Virus record (IMG/VR): IMGVR_UViG_3300038465_000158
Coordinates: 1 to 64,000 of that record
DNA from: a virus
Direction: 5' to 3' (one strand)
Length of the DNA: 64,000 bases
Each line of letters begins with the position of its first letter. Position 1 is the first letter of the stretch. Below the pieces are notes generated by a model. That model did not search any database and was not told the origin of the DNA. It was given only the letters and a program-made list of their open reading frames with translations. Position numbers and translations under genes: made by a program. Below, piece after piece: positions 56,915-64,000 of the stretch.

Positions 56915-57507
56915 GAAAGCAAGCTGTAGTCCCTGAAGCGACCGTTGCAATTTATGACTTTGGCGAGCATTGTGAAACAACTGAAGCCGGGGACATGATT
57001 CTTGTCAAGCATGCGCATATCTCCGCGAAATTGATTCGCTTCGGACAACGAATCAAATATTGGATGCTTCGTGTCATCATGCGGCGAAAGGAGTACGACA
57101 AAGCGTACTGCGAAACGAATCATGCGATGATTGTCGTCGTTGGCGGGAAGGACGCTCTCGTCTCCCAGATGCAACCGTCTGGCGGCGGAGTCATCGTTGG
57201 TCTTCGTCGCTATGCTGATTTGCGATACGCCGTCGTACACCCGACAAAAGCGAATGTTGAACAGCGAGCAAATGCGGCAGCATTCGGTAGATGGGCAGTT
57301 GGTAACAAATATGGCTGGCTCTCAATCGCAACTATGATTGTCGGTGTGTTCATCCCATTTTTCGAAGTCGCGATGAGTATCGGCAACAGCATGGTTTGTT
57401 CGACTGCGTCAACCCTCGCGCACCGCTGCATGGGGTTGATTCCTGACGAGGCAGACACTGGAGTGTTTCCTGCAGATGATGCTCGCTACTACGATGTAAG
57501 GTTGTAA
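56911..57507 (+). CDS. Permuted papain-like NlpC/P60 (YiiX/YaeF-like) hydrolase
   Basis: GD.IL, HA.IV before G.KY..., late +CS catalytic motif. Confidence 0.7.
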   Translation: MRKQAVVPEATVAIYDFGEHCETTEAGDMILVKHAHISAKLIRFGQRIKYWMLRVIMRRKEYDKAYCETNHAMIVVVGGKDALVSQMQPSGGGVIVGLRRYADLRYAVVHPTKANVEQRANAAAFGRWAVGNKYGWLSIATMIVGVFIPFFEVAMSIGNSMVCSTASTLAHRCMGLIPDEADTGVFPADDARYYDVRL

Positions 57508-57510
57508 TCG

Positions 57511-58152
57511 ATGTCACCACTCACTTACGAAGGCGAGACTGCAGTCGCCTATCCAGCAGTATTCGGTGGAGTCGCTGCTCCAGCAATATACTACGTCGGG
57601 CTGCAGACAAGTGAGATCTATCCTGGAGCAAGTCAAAGCATCGCGAATGGCGCAGTAATTATCCCAACAGCATTTGACACATTTAGCGAACCAGGAACTG
57701 GCACTAATAGAATTTTTGTCTGTTCAACAGCAGGGACAACCGATGTAGCTGAGCCAAATTGGGACGCTGTCGTATCTGGTGGAACGATACTTGACGGCAG
57801 TGTCATCTGGCAAGATGTTGCGTCAACAACATCACCGTTTTGGCTGAGTTCTACGCCAGTCTTTAACGAAGTTTCTGCATCAGAATATGCACGAGTTGAG
57901 TATGACAACAATCAAACAAATTTTCCTTCGCCAAGCGGTTCAAACCCGACCGTAGGCACAAATGCGAATATCATCGGGTTTGCGACATCATATGTTGCAT
58001 GGGGTACTCTTGCCGCAGTCACATTTCATGACGCGTACAGCGGCGGCAATGTAATCTCATTTGCGTACCTTTCAAAGCATTTGACAATTAGCGGCGCTGG
58101 AATCACACCAAGTATCCCAGCGCTAACGGGACTTACGCTTACTGTCTCATAA
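57511..58152 (+). CDS. Minor tail protein
   Basis: YARV...TN...I.F...WG.+...DA..GGN; inserted AGTT..EP.W...DG.V.W module. Confidence 0.65.
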   Translation: MSPLTYEGETAVAYPAVFGGVAAPAIYYVGLQTSEIYPGASQSIANGAVIIPTAFDTFSEPGTGTNRIFVCSTAGTTDVAEPNWDAVVSGGTILDGSVIWQDVASTTSPFWLSSTPVFNEVSASEYARVEYDNNQTNFPSPSGSNPTVGTNANIIGFATSYVAWGTLAAVTFHDAYSGGNVISFAYLSKHLTISGAGITPSIPALTGLTLTVS

Positions 58153-58215
58153 AAATACAGTGCTTCGGATGTTAATATTCAAAGTAATGGTTGTTGTCCA
58201 CCGCATAGGAGATTT

Positions 58216-59346
58216 ATTTTCGTAGAACTCGGTAACAAGTCCGCAGCCTTCCGGGATGAGAAGACTGGAGAAATGGTTTCGCATCTTGACCGGCTTGGTG
58301 GAGCACCTACGGTCACGTATGCCACTGTTGGCCATGTGAATGCTGGACTCCATGACAGTGGCATTGAAATTCCGAAGTTCAAGACACACTTGTACGAATC
58401 TGTCATTATGAACAAGGGCGTCACGAACTTTGACGGTGCTGGCGTTACTGAAGGAGCTGGCGCTGCCGCCCTTTGCGACTTGGTGCACCCAGACGGTTCG
58501 TGGATGGCGAACTCAACGGACGCACGTCCGACGTGGGTATGGTCCGACGATCCAGACTTCGGTAAGTTGCTTTCTGCTTACTACGAAGTTCCTTACGGTC
58601 GACCAGATGACTTGTTCTTAACGCATCACACGCAGTTTGGCCCTCCTGGGTCGACTCCTCCTTCAGTTTCGCCAGCAGTCGCTCTTATCAAGGACATCAC
58701 GAATCTCTTGGTCAACACTGGCCGAGACATGTGGGCCCAGGGCCAGGGTCGTTCGCAAGTAGTTCTTGCGCAGCAAACAGCAACTGCGGCTGGTACAACG
58801 TCGATTACTGGAACGGGCACACCGTTCACCGCATCTGCGTACATCGGAATGATCGTGGTGGACAACTCGACTGGAGTTTGGGGAAACATCCAGTCGAACA
58901 CAACTTCAGTCTTGACTGTCGACCGTTGGTACAACCCCGCCACTCCTGGTGGTGCTGCTGCCACCACACCTGGCGCAACTGACAAGTTTACGATTGTTCA
59001 GGCTGTCTCACCGGCGCAGTTCATGGGAATCACCGCGAACGCGACAGCGGCAGGAGCCACAGACACTCAGTTGCCATCAGAAATCGTTACTGGTGGCGGT
59101 GGACTTGTTCGAGCCGTCACCACGTACGCGCACTCGGCCGGCACGAACACGTACACGTCGGCCAACACATTTACTGCGAACGGTTCTGACTCACTTCCAG
59201 TCACCATTGCGAAGATGGGTCTGTTCAACTCAATGGTGGTCGCTTCGACGATCAATATGTGGTTTGAGACGTTGCTGAATGCAACAGCGACTCTTACCAT
59301 TTCCGGCGACGCACTCACGATCACGGACACCGTCACAGGGTCTTAG
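58216..59346 (+). CDS. Virion structural protein, tail collar-like (proposed ATT start; alternative ATG 58273)
   Basis: DT.L..E+..GL.RA..Y.H..G, K.GLFN, GD.L..T; Thr/Ala-rich. Confidence 0.7.
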   Translation: MFVELGNKSAAFRDEKTGEMVSHLDRLGGAPTVTYATVGHVNAGLHDSGIEIPKFKTHLYESVIMNKGVTNFDGAGVTEGAGAAALCDLVHPDGSWMANSTDARPTWVWSDDPDFGKLLSAYYEVPYGRPDDLFLTHHTQFGPPGSTPPSVSPAVALIKDITNLLVNTGRDMWAQGQGRSQVVLAQQTATAAGTTSITGTGTPFTASAYIGMIVVDNSTGVWGNIQSNTTSVLTVDRWYNPATPGGAAATTPGATDKFTIVQAVSPAQFMGITANATAAGATDTQLPSEIVTGGGGLVRAVTTYAHSAGTNTYTSANTFTANGSDSLPVTIAKMGLFNSMVVASTINMWFETLLNATATLTISGDALTITDTVTGS

Positions 59347-59349
59347 TCG

Positions 59350-60666
59350 ATGGACACCCTCGTCAATGGGGGCTATTCGACGGTAGCCACGGCACCTTCA
59401 CCAGCGACGTCAGGACTTACGTTGGTAGTTGCAGCGGGTGACGGCGCGAAGTTCCCGGCGACTGGTTCATTCGACGTCGTACTCTGCCCGGTCGGTCAAT
59501 TGCCGTTATTCTTCGGTACGAATAAGAATGCGGAGATTGCTCGTTGTACGCTCGTCTCGACTGACACGCTAACGATTGTTCGCGCGCAGTACGGGACGAC
59601 CGCGCAGACAGTTGCTGTCGGTTGGGCAGTGGACAATGCGGTCACGGCGAACCTACTATCCCAACTAGTCGCTGTCTCCAACGCCTCCTACGCGGGCAAG
59701 AACGCCATCATCAATGGCGGGATGGAGATAGCCCAGCGCGGGACTTCGTTCTCGGGTTCAGGTTCAACGACCTACGGACTCGACCGCTGGTGCTTCCAGT
59801 CCTCGGGGAGCAACACGACATTCGCTCAATCGTCGTCGTCACCGCCTGCGCAATTCCGTTACTTTCAGTCGGTGACAGAAACGAGTGCCACCAGTTCGAC
59901 GTGGTATCTCGCCCAGTCGATTGAGACCAATAACGTCATTCCATTTCAGAATCAGGTCGTCACGCTCTCATTCCTGTATAAGATGCCAGTGAACTTCACG
60001 AATGCCGTCACGGTGTCACTTCGCTACTCCACTGGGACCGACGCAAATCTCTTGAACGCCGGGACTGCCATCACGATCACCGCAGGGTTGAACGTCAATA
60101 CTTCGACTGGTGCCATAACGAACGAATCCGCCTGGACGCAAGGAACCGCTACCTTCACCGTCCCCTCCACCGCGACGTCGTTGGCCGTTCAATTCTCATC
60201 GGCAACGGACATAGTCAGCACCGGACAGTTCAACGTGACCGGAGTACAACTCGAACTCGGTTCCGTCATGACACCGTTTTCCAGGTCCGGGGGAAGCATC
60301 GAGGGAGAGTTGGCGTTGTGCCAACGTTACTATTATGAAGCCAATAGTGCGCAGGCCAGTGACGTTTATAACGTCTATGGAGCGGGTCAGTGCATAGCCG
60401 TTACAAATGCAGTCTGTTATATCAATTTCCCGGTGACTATGAGAGCCGCACCAGCGACGTTCACCTCATCAACTGCATCGGGGTTTGCGATTGATTCAGC
60501 GAACGGAACTGGTACGTCGGTGACTGCTATTGCTATGAATAGAAGTACACCCGCTAATGCAGACATTGCAATCACCGTTGCTTCCGGAATGGTTGCAGGT
60601 AACGCAACTACTTTGCATTCAAATGCAAACCAAACTTCATGGCTTGGGCTTAGCGCGGAGTTGTAA
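59350..60666 (+). CDS. Tail fibre with carbohydrate-binding module
   Basis: KN.IING.M.I.QRG...Y..DRW ... TGVQLE.G..TPF...EL..CQRYY. Confidence 0.8.
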   Translation: MDTLVNGGYSTVATAPSPATSGLTLVVAAGDGAKFPATGSFDVVLCPVGQLPLFFGTNKNAEIARCTLVSTDTLTIVRAQYGTTAQTVAVGWAVDNAVTANLLSQLVAVSNASYAGKNAIINGGMEIAQRGTSFSGSGSTTYGLDRWCFQSSGSNTTFAQSSSSPPAQFRYFQSVTETSATSSTWYLAQSIETNNVIPFQNQVVTLSFLYKMPVNFTNAVTVSLRYSTGTDANLLNAGTAITITAGLNVNTSTGAITNESAWTQGTATFTVPSTATSLAVQFSSATDIVSTGQFNVTGVQLELGSVMTPFSRSGGSIEGELALCQRYYYEANSAQASDVYNVYGAGQCIAVTNAVCYINFPVTMRAAPATFTSSTASGFAIDSANGTGTSVTAIAMNRSTPANADIAITVASGMVAGNATTLHSNANQTSWLGLSAEL

Positions 60667-60669
60667 TAC

Positions 60670-63600
60670 ATGCCCCTCGGCTCCAATTACCTAGGGCAGG
60701 CGTATCTCGGGCAAGGTCGCGCGCCGCAGCGATTCACTAGGACCGCGACCGATTCGAGTGTCAACACTGATGCGGTAGTCCGCACCTACGGTCCGACAAG
60801 ATTTGCTACTGATTTTTCACTTAACACTGATGCTGCAACTCGTACATTTGCTCAAATTCGTACAACTACGGACAGTTCCGTCAATACTGATGCTACTACT
60901 CGAACTACTCAAACACTTATTCGTACGACCACGGACAATTCCGTCAACACCGATGCCATTATTCGCGCAATTCAAGTCTTCACTAGAACAGCAACGGATT
61001 CTAGCATCAATACTGATGCAGTAACTCGCATCCAAGGACGAACACGTTCGGCAACTGATGCTTCAGTGAATACAGATGCAATCATTAGATCAGTTCAAAC
61101 ATTAGTCAGAGCCGCGTCAGATTCGAGTGCCAATACTGATGTCGTAACGGCTACCAAAGTCTTTATTCGTGCTGCTAGTGATTCAAGTATCAACACGGAT
61201 GCAGTCGTACGAGCAGTTCAAATTTTCATCCGCGTAGCGACAGATAGTTCCGTCAATACAGATGTAGCTGCAAGAACGATTTCGCGTGTCAGAACTACTA
61301 CTGATTCGTCAATAAACACGGATTCTGTATCGCGCAACGTTCAAATATTTAGTCGCGCCACAACGGATACCTCAACTAACACGGATTCTGTCACTAGAGG
61401 GCCTCTGATATTTACTAGAACGGCTACAGACACTTCTCTCAACGCAGATGCTGCAGTTCGAATTGTCGCGATTACTCAAACGGCAACTGATTCATCAATC
61501 AACACTGATGCAGCCGTTAGAAGTGTTCAAATCTTCATCCGCACCGCAACAGACGCAAGTTTGAATACTGATTCCGTAGTTCGTTCGTTCGTCAAACTTC
61601 GAACTACTACTGATTCATCAATCAATACGGATGTCGTTACTCGAGCAACAATTATCTTCATTCGCACAACAGCCGATTCATCAGTGAACACGGACAATGC
61701 TGCACATTCGTTCATAATAGCAAGGACTGCAACTGATTCATCGGTCAATACCGATGTAGTCGTCCGTTCGGTCTTAGCACTTGCCAGAAGCGCAAGCGAT
61801 TCGAGTATCAACACAGACATCGTTATTCGTACGATGCAGATATTTGTACGCACAGTAACGGATGCAAGCATCAATACCGATGCTGTTGCACGTACTTTCA
61901 TTTTTGCTCGGTCTGTAGCAGATTCTTCAGTCAACGCAGATGTTGCAACAACACCGCTGGTAAACCGAACAGCATCAGACGCATCTGTCAATACGGATAC
62001 TGTGCTTCGTACGTTCATCTGGATTCGAGTTGCTAGTGACAGTTCTGTCAATACGGATGCAGCTATACGAGCGGCGCAAACGCTCGTTCGTACGGCGACG
62101 GACAACTCAATCAACACAGATTCTGCTGCGCGGTCGAGTCAAATCTTTGCAAGAAGTGCAACTGACGCATCTGTCAACACTGACAATGCTATACGATCTT
62201 TGACCGTAATCCGCGTCGCAACCGATACATCAATCAATACGGATGCAGTTATTAGAAGTGTTCAAACGTTCATCAGAACGATAAGTGATTCTAGCACCAA
62301 CACTGATGTAGCAGTAAGAATTCGTTCCGCTGTCCGTGCAGCGATTGATTCGAGCATCAACACGGACGCGATAGTTCGTGCCGTGCAAACGTTCATTCGA
62401 AGTGCCACAGATGCAGCACTGAACACTGATGCTGTGGTTCGATCGTTCGTTGAGATTCGAACGATAACTGATACGTCTCTTACTGCCGACACGGTTATTC
62501 GAACTCAAACGTTCGTCAGAACAGTAACTGACGCGTCAGTCAATACAGATAGTGTCATTCGGCAACTGACGTTTGCACGAACATGCTCTGATGTATCTAT
62601 CAATACTGATTCTGCTTCTCGCACAAGATTGATCATTCGGACTACTGCTGATGCATCAATCAACACGGATGCTGTTGTTCGATCAATTCAAGTTTTCGTA
62701 CGATCAACGAATGATTCTTCTGTTAACACAGATTCAGTAGTCAGTACATTGACAATTGTTCGAAGTAGTGCAGATTCATCGCTCAATACGGATATGATAT
62801 CCAGAGCGATTCAAGCATTTATTCGTTCCGCGGTAGACGCAAGTATCAACACTGACAGCGCATCACAAAGTCAAATAGCAATTCGAATAGCGGCAGACTC
62901 ATCAGTCAATACTGATGTTACGACTCGCGGGACCCAAGTTTTTGCTAGAACTGCTGGCGATAACTCAATCAATACAGACACTGCTATTCGAGCAAGAACA
63001 ATAAGTAGAACTGCTGCTGATGCTTCAGTAAACACCGATGCTGTAGCACGAACTATTCAAATATTCATTCGAAGTAACACAGATTCGTCACTTAATACTG
63101 ATGCGACGGTAAGGTCGACGCATATATTCGTCAGAAGCGCCGCGGAATCAAGTCTCAATACAGATGCAGTCACTCGGTCAATCATCATCTTTATTCGCAA
63201 CGCAGTTGACTCATCAGTGAACGCAGATGCTATTACTCGAACTCAAGCAATTTCTCGTTCAACTTCTGACACGAGCCTCAACACTGATACGGTCGTACGA
63301 ACGTTCATACGAATTCGAACGACGAATGATTCTAGTCTCAACACAGATTCTGTTCAACGGTCATTCATGCAAATTCGAACAAGCACGGATGCTTCTGTCA
63401 ATACTGATATCGCAACTCAATCAGAATCTCTACACAGAGTTGTCACTGATTCATCGCTTAACACTGATGTGACAATTCGAGCGGCGCAGTTGTTTATTCG
63501 AGGCATAACGGATTCGAGTCTCAATACTGATAATGCTGGCATCTCCAACGCAATTCTTCGTTTTGCTTCAGACACCTCAATTGACACAGATGCAGTAGCA

Positions 63601-64000
63601 AGAACGCAAGCAGTATTTATTCGTTCTACTACTGATTCTTCTACAAACGTAGATGCAGTTACACGAGTAGAGACTGAAAATCGAAATGCAATAGACAACA
63701 GCAATAACGCTGACACAACAACTCGTTCTGCCGCGTTCGTTCGCTCTGTTTCAGACACTTCACTCAACTCTGACATTGCTACTAGATCAACAACCGCGGT
63801 TCGTGCAGCGGCAGATTCTTCAATCAACAATGACAATGCTACAAAATCAACAATGTACTTCAGAATTTGCGCGGATGCAAGTACAAATGCAGATTCTGCT
63901 TCACGGTCGGCGACGTTCGCTAGCCGAAATGCGATTGACTCATCGCTCAATGTAGACGCTACCATTCGCAGTCAAGTCTTCGTACGATCTATTGCTGATG
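60670..64000 (+). CDS. Giant tandem-repeat protein, 3' partial (about 1110 codons in window), missed by ORF track
   Basis: ATG 60670, no stop to window end; about 50 repeats of 20-21 aa R.(A/T).DSS+NTDA+.R. Confidence 0.9.
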   Translation, partial: MPLGSNYLGQAYLGQGRAPQRFTRTATDSSVNTDAVVRTYGPTRFATDFSLNTDAATRTFAQIRTTTDSSVNTDATTRTTQTLIRTTTDNSVNTDAIIRAIQVFTRTATDSSINTDAVTRIQGRTRSATDASVNTDAIIRSVQTLVRAASDSSANTDVVTATKVFIRAASDSSINTDAVVRAVQIFIRVATDSSVNTDVAARTISRVRTTTDSSINTDSVSRNVQIFSRATTDTSTNTDSVTRGPLIFTRTATDTSLNADAAVRIVAITQTATDSSINTDAAVRSVQIFIRTATDASLNTDSVVRSFVKLRTTTDSSINTDVVTRATIIFIRTTADSSVNTDNAAHSFIIARTATDSSVNTDVVVRSVLALARSASDSSINTDIVIRTMQIFVRTVTDASINTDAVARTFIFARSVADSSVNADVATTPLVNRTASDASVNTDTVLRTFIWIRVASDSSVNTDAAIRAAQTLVRTATDNSINTDSAARSSQIFARSATDASVNTDNAIRSLTVIRVATDTSINTDAVIRSVQTFIRTISDSSTNTDVAVRIRSAVRAAIDSSINTDAIVRAVQTFIRSATDAALNTDAVVRSFVEIRTITDTSLTADTVIRTQTFVRTVTDASVNTDSVIRQLTFARTCSDVSINTDSASRTRLIIRTTADASINTDAVVRSIQVFVRSTNDSSVNTDSVVSTLTIVRSSADSSLNTDMISRAIQAFIRSAVDASINTDSASQSQIAIRIAADSSVNTDVTTRGTQVFARTAGDNSINTDTAIRARTISRTAADASVNTDAVARTIQIFIRSNTDSSLNTDATVRSTHIFVRSAAESSLNTDAVTRSIIIFIRNAVDSSVNADAITRTQAISRSTSDTSLNTDTVVRTFIRIRTTNDSSLNTDSVQRSFMQIRTSTDASVNTDIATQSESLHRVVTDSSLNTDVTIRAAQLFIRGITDSSLNTDNAGISNAILRFASDTSIDTDAVARTQAVFIRSTTDSSTNVDAVTRVETENRNAIDNSNNADTTTRSAAFVRSVSDTSLNSDIATRSTTAVRAAADSSINNDNATKSTMYFRICADASTNADSASRSATFASRNAIDSSLNVDATIRSQVFVRSIAD

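Noticed and set aside
60803-63965. Short ORFs listed by the track in the last 3.3 kb
   Set aside because: Antisense or off-frame shadows of the giant repeat ORF.

Overview
A 64-kb segment of a tailed dsDNA phage with siphovirus-type morphogenesis genes. An actinobacterial host is an inference from the holin, lysin and leaderless-gene style. All credible genes are on the + strand. Layout: (1) 1-5.2 kb, mosaic ORFs built from unrelated cargo segments joined by recurring 15-111 bp identical linkers; (2) 5.65-6.0 kb, an RNA island with tRNA-Asp, an aberrant tRNA-like element and two structured spacers; (3) 6-20.5 kb, about 40 small early/accessory genes driven by a repeated extended -10 promoter, including a SLOG protein, a HicA-like/HTH fusion, a frameshifted ADP-ribosyltransferase-like gene, a serine recombinase, a PseT-like phosphatase, a holin-like protein, YodL and an XRE regulator; (4) 20.5-38.9 kb, packaging, head and tail genes (TerS, TerL, GIY-YIG endonuclease, portal-MuF-ParB fusion, HExxH peptidase plus small partner, protease/scaffold, capsid, adaptor, tail tube, chaperone); (5) 38.9-64 kb, tape measure, a paralog-rich tail/fibre region, a GT17 glycosyltransferase, the lysis cassette and a >1100-aa repeat protein that the ORF track missed. 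Most striking signal: seven late genes (portal, protease, capsid, adaptor, tail tube, endolysin and one more structural gene) appear to start at near-cognate codons (CTG/ATA/ATC/ATT) in a shared SD-TTT-NNN context. In the endolysin the catalytic motif lies upstream of any ATG/GTG/TTG. This suggests a phage-specific translation-initiation control of late genes. All family assignments come from motif recognition by eye; no database search was run.
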